DNA of 64,000 bases from Trichoplax adhaerens (taxonomy: Eukaryota > Animalia > Placozoa), in contig NW_002060943.1 in assembly GCF_000150275.1 (NCBI RefSeq), forward strand, positions 1,788,832 through 1,852,831, given 5' to 3'. This document shows positions 13,232 to 27,078 of this stretch, piece by piece; the first letter of the stretch is position 1; the number at the start of each line of letters is the position of its first letter. The position numbers and the translations under genes were made by a program. The notes below the pieces were generated by a model. The model did not search any database. It was not told the DNA's origin and saw nothing but the letters and a program-made list of their open reading frames with translations.

Positions 13232-16200
13232 TTATTCATTGTCTTCAGATTCTTCGAAAATAATCAGTGATTGATCTTTCTCCACTGAATCACCCTCCTG
13301 GAACAACACTGTCTTTACGGTTGCCGATCTAGGCGACACTATTTTGTGCTATACGTCAAAAAATTTAGAAAATTTTAGGAATGTAGCGATAAAGCAATGA
13401 GTTACTTGTTATTAGGTAACAGAAGAAAGAACACCAAATTACTTCTAACTTTATAAATTTCTATGAGAGATAGTAGTGTGCTATTCTTTAATAACCAAAT
13501 AGTTCATATTACACTTACTTCCATTTTCATGGCCTCAATGAGCATTAAGACGTCGCCTGCCTCGACCTTCTGGCCATTTTCTACCAAGACCTGGCAATTG
13601 TAACAGAAAGATCAGTTTTAATATTTTTACTCATGACAAAATAAAATAAATTATAATAACCTTAATGATGGCGCCGGTCATAGGTGCAACAGTCCCAGCA
13701 CCAGTAATTGCACTATCTTGTTGCATTGTCACAAATTTAGGTAGGGGAACTTGAACTTTAAACGAGTCATCCTGAAAAGGTGAAATATAATGCTGAATTT
13801 AAGAGATTAAAGCCTGCTGCATAACCATTCATTCGTAAATTACATACAGCAGTAAAAATGTGAAGGCAGTCGTTATAGCGCACTACGCTAGCAGTATGCT
13901 TCACTCCATTGACGACCGCATTTATGAAAATAGTATCGTCGTCTTCGGCATCAAATATCTTGCCGGCTACTTCCATTTCTAACGTGTCAGAAAGCTAAGA
14001 AACGGTTTTACTAAGTTCAATATGCATAAACCAATTTAGAGTAAGAGTTATTTTCGTATTTACTAAAAGCTACATTACCTTAATAGAATAGCTGCCATCA
14101 CGGTTATAGGTAACTAAAAAGTTCATTTCTGAATATGAAATTTTAGAGCATAATTAGCCAATATTGAAGCACGATACAGTACCTAGTAAAACTGTAAACA
14201 TATTTATACCGCTTTCACCATCCATTAACGTAACCGATTTTGAATAAAGGGTATTGAATCTGAGTCCAGACGTTGAATTCCAAGGAGAATATAGGTCTTC
14301 TACAATAAAGATGGAATAGTACATAGCATGTTAATTTCCATTTCTGATAAATACATTGTGATATAACGTGAGTAAACTACGTACGTGAAATGAACATATC
14401 CCTTAATAAGCCGTCTTTCTGTTCGAATAATAATAAACTCAAACAAGCCAAAGCCGACTGATCGCACGAAAGTACCGACTTGGTAGACTCAAAGAGCGAA
14501 TTTTCATGCTCCTAAATTACAGCATAGATAACCATTTCAGATCGATACTTTATTCGATATTTTGCATAATTATAATTACTTGAATAAAGCCAGTATGAAC
14601 ATTTCCAGCAATAAATTCGGGATGGCTAGCCAAATCAGTTAGGAATCTTAGATTCGTATTTAATCCAACCACCTAGGTTAATTACGCGTATAGAAATGCC
14701 GATTATTCTCTTATCGATACTTATTATTTTAATGGTATGCTATTCTTAAGCTATTCATTCCTTAACCAGCTTGCACACATACATGACACTCATTAAGAGA
14801 ATAGACTAGTTTTCGTAAAGCCGATTCACGATCTTCTCCCCAAACAATCAACTTGGCAATCATAGGGTCATAGTGCACTGAAACATTATCACCTGTAAAA
14901 AAATAATCAGCGTTGCTATCAGAAAGTGTGGTGCCAGTATGGTATCACCGCCATTTATAGTATACTGTATACTCCCTAGGTAATGATACTAGCTTACTAC
15001 AGTACATGCTTATGTGAGTGCATTTGATATATTTATTTACCTTGAGTGACACCTGTGTCAATCCTTACAGAATCTGAGTTAAGAGGAAACTTGAGATGCC
15101 TTAATGGTCCAGCTCCTGGGAGAAAATTGCTAAAGTAACGATAGAATAACTATTACGGCATAACCCAGTCTTTTAGACACGGTAACTTAAAACGACGTTC
15201 AACTTCTCAATACAAATCTGATAAAAATCTTACTTATTAGGATCTTCTGCATAAATTCTTGCTTCGGCTGCATGTCCATATGGCTCAATGTCTCCTTGGA
15301 GTAAGGGAAGTTCTTTACCGGAAGCTACCTAATGTTTATCATCGAAGCGTCAGATATGAAGGGCAATTGAATAACTATTTAGGCAACATTAGATTTCGAA
15401 TAGTTAACATTAGGTTAACTTAGGTATTACCTGCAGCTGCCATTCTACTAGATCAGTGTTCGTAACCAATTCTGTAACGGGATGTTCAACCTACATAATA
15501 TCAAATTAGAAAACGTTGTACTAAAAAGTATCCAGATCAATGGAAATCCATTTTACTATTCTATCCACTATAACGCACTGGTATTTATTGTCTACGTAAG
15601 CAAAAAATTAATTTTACCTGCAACCTGGTGTTCATTTCCATAAAAAAAAATTTCTTATGTTTATCCATGATGAATTCTACCGTACCTAGAATTTTTACAC
15701 GCAATGTCAAATTGTTTCAAATACTTTTTAAGCCTAAATATAACATTGAAATCTTGACCTTTACCTGCACCGACATAATTTACAGCCTTTGCCGCTCTCA
15801 CTGCAGCTGCTCCAATTTCATGCCTAATACTTTCTGACAATCCCGGCTGTATAATAGGTAATTTGAGATAAGTCATGTTACGTATGCACTGAATAAGTAA
15901 TAAACAGTCGTGAAATAGGAAGTATTAACTGTAAATACTAACGGCTGGTGCTTCTTCAATAATTTTTTGGTGTCTTCGTTGAACACTGCAATCCCTTTCA
16001 CTCAAGTAGACTGCGTTCCCATGTTGATCGGCAAACACTTGCACCTCGACATGTCTATTAATTGCATAATAAATTCGTTTTAATTAAGACAATTGTAACA
16101 CCGTTTACTTTACTATTTCTCTTCTATCTTAGCTCACCGTGGCTCTTCAATATATTTTTCAACAATCATCTTATCGTCATTAAAAGACTTTAGCGACTCA

Positions 16201-18088
16201 CGCCTTGCAGATTCCAAAGCTTGATCAAATTCGCCTTCGTTCATGACTATTCTCATACCCTATAAATATGTAAGAATGTAGCTATATTAACATCCATTCA
16301 TAGCAATAATGATTTACAAGGTTGCATAAAAACAACATTTGCAAAGAAATAGAACGTCTTCACTAACTTTTCCACCACCTCCACAGACGGCTTTTAGCAT
16401 GACAGGATACCCGATACGACTAGCCTCATCCTTTAGTTTTGCATCCGCTTGATCTTCACCATGATATCCTTCTATAATTGGGACACCAGCATCCGCCATA
16501 ATTTGCTTGGAAGTGCTTTAAGAGATAGAATAATATGTAATAAGTTTTAAGCTAGGTTCATCAGAGGAATAAATTTTTCTATTGAAAACCTCTTAAGACC
16601 CATATCTCGAATTGCGCTTGCTGGCGGACCGATGAATACTATCCCTTGGGATTCACAAAGTTCAGCAAAGTCCGCGTTTTCAGATAGGAAACCATATCCG
16701 GGATGAATAGCCTTTTGGATAGGAATATTACGAACTGTAAATTACACGTTCGTTGCAAAATAGCATACGTAACAAGGAATAAACTACAAAAGATTAAGCG
16801 TTTACTTGAGCTCCACAATAATTTGCAATATCAAGAATTTTATCGCCCCGCAAATAGCTATCCCGTGATGGTGCTTCACCAATATAGTATGCTTCATCGG
16901 CCTATAAAGATGTAAATTATCCGATTCAAAACTTCATTCAATTACAAATAGTCGCCATATATTACTGTCGAATCGGGAAGACACGGTATCATTTACCAAT
17001 AGAGGATAAGTAAAATAAATTATAAACAACGAGTTACCATTTCAACGTGCATCGACCCCTGGTCTGCACTACTATATACGGCTACAGTCTTAATGCCCAT
17101 CGATTTGGCAGTTTTAATCACCCTACAAGCAATTTCACCGCGATTCGCTATTAAGACTTTGGAAATCTTCTTTCTTTTGACTTCTATTGGGATAAAAAGA
17201 TGGTTTTGGTGAATGATAAAATAAAAAAGCCTAATCATGCTGGATTACGAGTATATAATTTAGCAGCAACTACTGTGTATCAAGTGTTATCTAATGGTTA
17301 AAGTTAAAACAGCACATTGGAAACATAATAATTATAACGATATCTATATTGAATACAGCAAAAGGTAAAAATAAGCTAAGTAATGCAAGCAGCAATGGTA
17401 GTTGATAGATTTATTTCTTAATTATACGAGTACTACTATCGAACGCTTACTACAATATTAGTTGGTAGTCATGAAAATAACAACATATAAGATGTAATTG
17501 CAAGCACAGATGCCGTTAAAATCTACTTATTTTTTGCTAAATGACTCATTGCAAAATGGGTATCAATAGAATTTATAATTAAGATTATTGTAAAACATGA
17601 TTATTTCAAATACTAATGCAAACTCGATTGCCCAAAAAGTCGCACGTCAGGACAATGTTACAGGAGGCTTTAATCTACTGCCATGAGTCTACAACTAGTT
17701 CTATCCTTATCTTGATATCAATTTCACCACCAATATTTACTAACAATAGTGTGGAATAATACCTGTTGATTGATATCTTTCGAAAAGATTTCTCAATGTA
17801 ACGATCGGTCTCCTATAATGCGATAGCAAAATATAAGCAATCCAATTACAACGTGGTTAATCAATAATATTTATTTCTTATTAATCCTGTTGGATTAATT
17901 CGTTATGCGTTAATCCATGGGCCACTAGAAGAAGCTAGGGGAAACTACGGCTTCTTCGAGTGGTCTATGGTTATCCTATAGTATTACGTAAGGGAAGAGT
18001 CTTTGCATTGCCTTTAATGAAAATAAAGTTTGATTAATTATAATACCGATATTAACGTTAGGAAGGTAAAGTACTTAGGTCTAAGCAT
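13232..18088 (-). CDS. MCCC1: Methylcrotonoyl-CoA carboxylase alpha subunit (biotin carboxylase plus biotinyl domain), mitochondrial
   Basis: Motifs [81 protein letters not shown] and EAMKME (biotin Lys, about 13520-13537). A putative presequence MLRPK|[16 protein letters not shown]| comes from small exons 18088-18075 and 17812-17763. Stop is TAA 13232-13234. Confidence 0.93.
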
Positions 18089-19396
18089 GCTACTCATCGA
18101 ACGATGTAAAGTGATGGTAATTTGCATTGAAAGTTTACAAGAAGCGTAGAAATTGTGTATCAACTATTTTACAGAGCAATTCTGGGTTAGGATGAAGCAG
18201 GGTATGAAGGCTTTATACACAGTCTACGGGATAATAACAAGCTAATTCAGATTTAGATCCAAGCATATATTCTCTATCTACCGTTCAAGATTGTTTGGAT
18301 AGAAAATCATTCCTACTGCTCCTAATTGCTCTAGGGAGCACTTTGGGTCAACAGTGCTATTCAACTGCTCAAGTTTACATAGGCAATGAACTCATTTAAT
18401 GGACAAATTAGCATCAGGATCGAAGTTCGAGCTTGTGCTCGCTAACGGTTACGGAATCAGAAGGTGAGTTACAATGACTCAAAAATTTGGCCAAATTTCA
18501 CTACACTGCTACTGCTTGGCGAGTACAGCATGTCCTACAGACGCCATCTATCCACAGCTGCATCAAACTCCATGTTCTAACTTGGAAGGTTGAAGCTGGC
18601 CCAAGCCAATGGTCATAGAAAGAATATAAGAAAAACGAAGACACTAAGAGGTTTTACTGCGCTTAACTCATCCTTACTGCTACTCCTGGATCAGTATTGA
18701 TACTACTATCTATCCATTGCTCAAAGATTCGATTCAATGACCCTTTAGGATAGGAAAATATTTGCACTGTTGATAAGTACGCTACTAGAAGTATTGCATT
18801 CCTGTCGGTTGGAGCTCACAACAGCCAACCACGGTCAATGATAAAATGTTTATAAGGATAACTGGAACATTTTACGCCATCTAACTCAATTTTGCTACCA
18901 TCATTCTAACGAATAGCTACCTCGGTGGATAGCATAGACACTGTCGTCTATCTATGACTGAAAATCACTACCAAAGCACAAAGGCATGTTCCAATCTGCT
19001 GTGGTGGGGAGAAAAGTGCTGAAAGAGATTCAAAATGAATTGAAATTTTTTCAAAGCTCGACATATTACCTGTTGTTATACTTGCAAGAACTTTGTCGTA
19101 GCCAAAAGATCCTGTTGGCTATATTTATACCAATCTTGGAAGACATTTTGACATCGATTGAAGAGGATTACTCTGGATTATAGAACATGAACGAGGAAAG
19201 TTCAAAGTCTCAGTAATGGCTGCCTAGTCAATGGTGAAAACAGCTGTGGAACCTCAATCGCAGATAGACTCACTCTACCATGAACAACGAACCAATGTGC
19301 AACGACTATTGACTGAGCGGACACGCTCCCGTGTCAGCCCACTGCATCATTGTATTACAGTATGATAACATTGTTGTACGGTATTGTACTGACTCG

Positions 19397-19435
19397 TACA
19401 GTACAGTACAGTACTGTACAGTACTATATACTGTA
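19397..19435. repeat. Chained TA-C(A/T)G-TA array (candidate serial transposon excision footprints)
   Basis: Parses as TA CAG TA CAG TA CAG TA CTG TA CAG TA CTA TA TA CTG TA, with mixed orientations. Confidence 0.6.
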
Positions 19436-19629
19436 GTCCGCTAAGTATGGTACGCTGGTCCGGATCGGATCCTTTACTACTAAGGTACCAGTACGCACTA
19501 CGAAATGATCCAGACAGTCCTCCATATGCTCAAGCAATGAGACTCGCTGCAATGGGTGTAAACCTACCAGTCTAAGGCCAAAGATGGCCAAAAGCGCTTT
19601 GAGGTTGGGCGTTTGCAATACGAATATAA

Positions 19630-20070
19630 AAGTTGGCATATTCAGAATTGTCAGTTAGCATCTGCTCAAACTTGGAACAGAATTGACGACAGATGATTGT
19701 TGAGAAGGAAAATAGCTTTATTTTAATGAATAAATTATTAATGAAGCAAGTAGAGACAGGGTATGAGGATTGTGAAAGGATAATCAACATCACAAGGTTC
19801 AGACAGAAGACTTTGTACTATGGTCTATGATACACGAAGACGTATAATCATCTATGGATGTTAATCTAGTATGACATGTATGTGGTACACTTGGGGGTTA
19901 GGGTATTTGAAACACTTTGCAATACTAATATGAAATGGCAACATTCAGAATTACGGGTTATCAACCACTGAAACTCGTAATAAAATAAAATTGACGACTG
20001 ATGATGGTTGCAAAGGGAAAGTAGTTTTATTTTAAACAAGAATAGGATAGCAGGATTATTAAGGTACCGC
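19630..20070. repeat. Diverged direct duplication (about 130 bp; copies near 19630-19760 and 19935-20070)
   Basis: ggca..attcagaatt...aattgacgac.gatgat.gttg..aagg.aa.tag.tttattttaa occurs in both copies. Confidence 0.7.
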
Positions 20071-21848
20071 TAGAATAATGTGATGTCGAAATGTATTCAA
20101 ATTTTAAAATATTATCCAATGTTGCGCATTATATTAGGGCACAAATGCTGCTACGTGGAAGTGAAGATAGTCGTGCTTATTAAGGCCACAAATGTACTAT
20201 CGCACTTGATTTCATTATAATAAAGTTTATAGTTGCTAGGAGTAATCAATTTTATTCTCGAATCGGAAATTGGAACAATGAAACAAGTAAAAGCAAAAAT
20301 GAAGGTCAAGTAAGTTTAACGAACTTCAAATACTGTACCAACCATTCAAGTGACTTAAGTCATATCTATTCTGGTATACCGTGGTGGTAGTAGACTTGGC
20401 GTACAGTACAGTATAACAAAAAATCTCCATTTGAATGATTATTGAGAAAATACGAATACGGCCACAATACGCCAGGTATACGAACTATTTGCTCCGTTTG
20501 ATCTGTTGGATTTTCTATTAATCTAGACTATTAACTTGATGCATAAAGTCATTTCTTAAATAAGATGCTATTGAAGAACGATGTCCATTCTTACTATTCT
20601 ATAATAATCTAAGATAAAGGATTAACAAGCATAAACTCGTATTTAATATGTGATCCATTATTAGCTTATTGGACTTACCAATCCGACACGATAGTCTAGA
20701 TGCAATACTTTGCACGAAGACTATAACTAAATAGGAGGTTAAGAATGGTAAGGTAGAATGCAATAGATTAAGAAATCATGATACGCTGGTATACTAGAGT
20801 ATGAAGAGGATTTATGCTATACAGTTCTGTTGTTACAGTAGTTACGATATATATTATCTATTCCGTAAATTAATCGTAGTATCCGTACTGTTATGTATGT
20901 AAGAATATAGTAACTTGTTGTACTGCACCTAACGTGTTAGCATAACATAAGGTAATGAATTACTAAGATTAGGGTATAATACGCTTTTACGGCTATACTA
21001 TTGAAATGCAGTAAATCCTAAATAAAAGAGACTTTCAGTAAGCTTACTAGGAGGAGTGTATCAAAGTTCCTCGTGCTAACGTTAACGACTAAGAGTGGAA
21101 ATACAACGCGTACGATCGGGGACTTTTCAAGAATTTTCTCTTAAAAAAAGTCCCTGGTACGGTATAGAATTGACGAATATTGCTGCAATCCATTCAGTAG
21201 GCAGATTATCATTATATAATACTCGTATTAAAGCATATTGAGCAATTTTTCATACTGTTATCTTGTATACAAAGGTATCTAGTATTCATCTTTCATAAAA
21301 GGTATAGAATCATGATCAAGAAAATTTTTATTCGATATTGAAGAAATAAAATTGTATTTGCTTGAAAGTGTTTATAGTACAAATAATCTGTAGTAATCCT
21401 GATTGTCAACGGTTAGAATGCAAGTCAATATTGTTGTAATTGACTCAAGGTAATTTCTTCGAAACTTGAAAATAACCAATAATAACAATGATAATAATAA
21501 TAGCCTACGCGTTTAACATACTTAATCAAATATATAAAATACTAGCGAAAATCTGCAAAGTGAGAGTTTATGATTACCGGTAACGAACATACATCGTTGG
21601 ATTTCTTTAGAATAAAGTTTTCTCTCTATATCAATAAATGGAAATAAAATGTACAGTACGCGTTCAAGTCCATGAGGTCGTGCCAATAGATATTAATAAC
21701 TCTTTCAGTCTCCAATACAAAATTCATTCTTTTCGATACCATTAGTAAAATATTTTCAACGCTGCAAACAATGCGTATATTGATATTGCTTATGCATTTA
21801 CTGTGGATATTAAAATACGGATTCAAGTTTAGATTCGGCCAAGTTTAA

Positions 21849-24226
21849 TTAATTTATGTCGTCATCATAGGATAATCCCCTGGACCATTCGTATAATTCT
21901 CCTGCTTGTTCTTCCCATTCATTTCCTTCAAATATGATATCATCAATATTTGTACGTGAGGTTGACTTTCTGTCTTGTTGCGTGCCTCTATAACCTATAA
22001 CCTGATTACTTTGCCGCTTATTATCATTATTCGGCTACAGAAAATGAAAATCTCAGTTATAAATATTCCAATTACTGAATTTGAAATATTTTTTCACCTC
22101 ATTGCTTTCGAAATCTTGATTAAGGTAATTTTTTCTCATAGATGCTACACGTTTTTGAGCTCTTCTTGATCGGCGTTTGCTTTGGGAAGTTTCTTGGTTT
22201 GTTGGTAAACCTGCTCTATCATTAGATGTTGTAGCAGATCTATTCAAATGAAAGAAATCAACGTAAGAATTAGCTGCTTGATGCGTTATGACAATACTAC
22301 AGTATATAATTTACACAATCGGTTCCTGGCTGTTATTAAAATATTAGTAAATGTACTACAGGATTGTTTAATGATGTTAATGTTATCTTAAATATCATAT
22401 TACAATGGGGTTTGTGCCAATATTGGTGGACCCAAAGGCAATCCAGAATTTGGAACATAGTAATCTACCATCTGAGGGGCTTGATCTACAAGCTTTCTAG
22501 TTATTACTCCAGTAGCCATATAGGATAGAACATCATGCATAATATGATGGCGTGGAACATCTAAAATGGTTTGATTAGAAAAGCGCTTATTTAAAAATTG
22601 TATACCTCACAGTCACGAACATTAAATTATGCATGCCTACTAATATAATTATTCTTAAAAATGCTTTTATATATGTAAAGATTTATAATTAAAATTACTT
22701 TCTAGTGACAATCGTCGCCACAAATTTTCTTTGCCTCCTTTCGCTGCTTCTTTCTCATCCAAGTTACTTTGAAGCTAGAGATAATGTTTGTTGTTAATTT
22801 CGATATTTACTAGTACTAATATGTGTTTATGAGAGCTATGATAATTGTAATTGTTGACTTTGTATGCGTTAAAAAATATCTTTAATAAACCTTTGGATCA
22901 AGCCAGCTTTATTTGATAGAATAACACATATTAAATACCTTAAGATAATCCTGTAGCGTAACAACATCAATTTCATCAGTGATTTCATGACATTCTCTAT
23001 CCCAAGCATCAGCGATCATTTGATCATAGAATTTTCTGTAGCCCATCATTTTGCATGCATCAGCAGCTGCCTATGATTTGAATATAAAATTATTATATCA
23101 ACTATATGATCTTACTGCATAAGGCATGACGCAATTACCAGGATGGAATATAGCATCAATTTCATATATATTAAATCATACCTGGGATGCAGGCTTTATA
23201 ATTGTTCTGCCATTATAGTACTTTACTCCAAGATTTCTTCTGTCAATATAAATCTTAAACAAAATACTTGGAGGAAACTCTTGACCACCAAATCTAATGT
23301 AATTGTAAATTTACGGAAATGTTAATCTTACTATAAACCAAGCTACAGAAGCATCTTTCAAAAATAGTCGCACGATCTCGCATAATTTTAAATTACCTAA
23401 ATCGAATTTTTGCAGACAATGCTTTATCTTTTAACAATTCTGACTCTGTTGGACATATTTTTCGTATAACATCGAAGCTGATTGATGTTTCCTGTGTTAT
23501 AAGGAATATAATCCTTGCGTGAGTATGCTTTCAATCGAAAAGAAATTAAGTATAAAACTATTTCAGTATCTAGTATACTACAGTTATTTAGTGTCAACAT
23601 TTACCGCTTTACATAGAGCATCTTTCAATAATTTGAAAACCTGACGATCTCGATAAGACCACCAACACTTCTCAATAACTCTGACAGCGAGTATTTCGAC
23701 AGTACTGTGAAAAATGCCAATAACACGATTCACTGAAAATTACTGTGCAATAAAAACCCATAAAGTTGATTTGTAGTTCTAATATAGAGCCTAATGACTA
23801 TCAATTCAATTAACTTATTACAAAATGCGTCATTAATTATCAAGCTGATCGAAACACTCGTTTGAAGTCTAGATGATACAAGCATGCCTTTAAAAACTAC
23901 TGTTAAGAGTATTGCATTCGCATTGCAAGTATAAAATTGATAGGATAAATTAAAAGCGAATTTGTTGCCTACAACGGCGACGAAGATAATCTATAATGAT
24001 TTCTTAACTTGTAATCTTTTTACCTGAAACTATATCTTCTAAAATAATGATCATTGGAATAATTTATAGCCTTATTTTTGGAATTTTTTTGAGCTATTTC
24101 TAATGCAGTAATCCCTCGATTTTCATTTGTAGCAGCGCTATCTGCGAATGGTTCCGTCCAAGATGATTGATAGGTACCGGCCGTAGCTATAGGATAGTCT
24201 TGCATCCGAGAAAATTCTGGGTTCAT
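21849..24226 (-). CDS. CXorf58: CXorf58 homologue (uncharacterised conserved protein)
   Basis: Spliced: VIEKCWWSYRDRQVFKLLKDALCKA|ETSISFDVIRKICPTESELLKD...KIRFR|FGGQEFPPSILFKIY...|AAADACKMMGYRKFYDQM...TDEIDVVTLQDYL...GGKENLWRRLSLE|NVPRHHIMHD...WEEQAGELYEWSRGLSYDD*. This matches recalled CXorf58 motifs (RFRF.G..FPP.I.FKI, DACK.MG.RKF, GG..N.WR.L.LEN.PR). Confidence 0.8.
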
Positions 24227-24988
24227 ACTTAATTGCTATGATATTATGTGATATCAGCACAATATGAATCAGGAATCGTTTGATAAGGTTTGAATTAAGG
24301 GCTTCAGAATGTCGACGAGGCCAAATTACAACACTGCTTTAAAACCATGAATGTTATGGATATATACTGTACATTAAAATAACTGGTTAATCATCGTTGA
24401 CAATCTGTTGTATACAATTTTGAGCAAAGTTATTTACAAATTGGTATGATCTATAATTAATACTGTATCTTATTACAATTATTTTTCTCCACTAATTATA
24501 TAATTAGTGTATTGCACGTCCATATATTAATTGATGTGCACGTTTCACTATCCTATATAACTGCAGGATAAGTACAAGTATAACTGATTAAATTTGCAGA
24601 TAACTTGGTATACTTATAATATAGTCGTATCGCAATTATATTATCAAAATTAAAACACTAGCCTACTATTATTATTATTATTAAATCTAGCGCTTGATCA
24701 ACTAATGTAGATCTCGTTCGTATCTTATGCTACCAACTAGAATGCGTGATTACGATCTGAGCAACTACTTAAGAAGCTAAAAAATACTACGCCAACACTA
24801 TCCACTAAGAGTATTGCCTATTAAAGTACGTTATGAAATTTATAACTGACAATACTGTACAAATGTACAATTATAAAAATTAGAAATACAGAACGGAGGT
24901 TTTCGCTGCTTCTTGGCTATATCGTCGCTTCCAGCAGTCGTCGTAATTGCCTTTGGTCATTCTAATAGTCAGTTCGTATTTTTAGACC

Positions 24989-25002
24989 GTTACCGTGGTA
25001 AT
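24989..25002. promoter_or_regulatory. RFX X-box-like palindrome GTTACCGTGGTAAT
   Basis: One perfect GTTACC half-site and one near-perfect half-site, about 760 bp upstream of the CXorf58 start codon. Confidence 0.4.
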
Positions 25003-27078
25003 CAGGTTTTTATTGCGTTTGCGCAATGGCTGCTTATGATTTCTCAAGTCAATCCATTGGAAAGTAAAGATGCTTCTACACTATACAGTGCAACTTACCT
25101 ATAAACTTTTGCTAACATTAGTATGAGTACGAAATTGTGTCTTGCGTTAGTTCATTTCAGCCAACGTCATGTTTGTAACGCGAAATCGATTGCAGTATTA
25201 GCGTGCATAATGGTCGACTGCATTGTAGCGCAAACATAAGCCTTTTACCATAGAAATTACCTTACCAATTTTAATTTTAGCTGCCAACTCTGCTACAGTA
25301 CGCAAAACCCACATAGTGTACATTGTACTGCACCTACAGTACTTGAACCGTACTGTAGCGGAGACCATTGTCCTACATGCTACCATGGCCACCATTTCTC
25401 CATTTCTGAATTTCGACTGGTTTATTCTCTGCCATTTGCCGCTGCTTAAGAGCATAAAGGTAACTCAAAGGTCGACCAATTGCAATATTCATCTGGGTAG
25501 CAAACTATTAATAACTATCCATTTGTATTTAAATGCTAATATAATTAATACCAGGTGTATTCCGTACCGTATTAGAGAGATTGCTACAGTAGACTATACA
25601 AAGTGTACAGTATAAAATCGCTAAATACAGCACTGGAAATCAAGAAAAACAACGAAATTGGATGATCTGGAAGTAGTTCTATGCTAATTTGTTCGGCTCA
25701 TCTCATTCTTCATAAACGGTACTGATATAGACGTCTTGGATACACATTCTATATATACATTTGTTATTCTCGATGACAATGAATGCGTGAGGATTTCCTT
25801 CAATAGTAAAATCACATCAGAATTCTGGCGTTGTACCTGCATTAATTTATTAATCGAAAACTAAAGTCTGATCCGTAAGCCCTCAAGTAAGCAGAATGCT
25901 GTACAACAGGAACAACTTAATTCAAAATTGGTTAAATAAATATATGATGTTGATGCTAACTTAAAATAATCTAGGAAGACTAATCATATCTACCCCACTA
26001 GCTTCATTATTAAACTTATACTCCACTGTGGAACAACGGAACTATATTCAGCACAATCGCTTCTTGTATAAATTCTGCGCTCGTATCCTACTAGTGATCG
26101 TTATTTGAGGACATTGTATGCACATACTAGCAATTATTACTTCAATTTATGCTATTTCCGAGATCGTATAAGCACACAGACTACAAATTTACCTAAAGTG
26201 AAATGATTTCAGAATCTGTGTTAAATTAAGTTTTGAGGTATGCATGTCCACTGGGCACTCCTGTTCCGTCGTTGTCAACATGTGACAATTATAATTATAT
26301 GAGTGTGTAAATCAACGACGTCAACATGAAACAGTTGATAACGTATGATTTTATGTATTATTATCGAGCTTTTTCAGCGATTGACCCATCGTATTACTAT
26401 CGAGTTGATAAACTATATTGATCAACTTGCAGGAAGCCAATTATTATAAGCTACGAGTGGATAAAGTACTGTATAGACCTATTATTCTAGTAGACCTCTT
26501 TTCTTGGTGCTTCTATAAATAAAGAATAACTTATTCTGGTATCGATACTTAATCATTTTAATTATCTTAAGATTTTTCTTAATAACCCGTAACAAGTAAC
26601 AATAATACACTCTCGCATATCTAGTGTATTCGTACAAAGCTATAATTTACAAACCAGTAAAATATAGCAAAGAAGGAAAACTACGTGCTATTTCAGTGCA
26701 TGCTTTGCTACGTTCTTGTTATTATACAGTACGATCATTAAGTGTAGATTAAACCAAGAAATAAAAATTCGGTTGAAGAAATTCAATCAATTCTAGTTCT
26801 AAAAGACTACGGTAAATTACGCCTTATATATTTGCTAGTGTATCTAAACACAATAGATTTATGATCAAATAGATCACCCTAGCAATGATAATTATTCTTA
26901 TCCATAGCGTTTTTATTAATACCAATACATGAAAAAATGTTTCTTACTTACCATTTCAATACGTTCGTATATCTGCCTGACAAATGTGATTAAGAATATT
27001 CGAATTAAGCTTCTATTTCTAGAAGATGGGTATTAACGTAACGTTAAAACTCTTATAAAATAGTCATAAATGTAAAGT

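Noticed and set aside
21119-21128. GGGACTTTTC resembling an NF-kB site
   Set aside because: Imperfect match, not promoter-proximal, and better explained as one arm of a hairpin.
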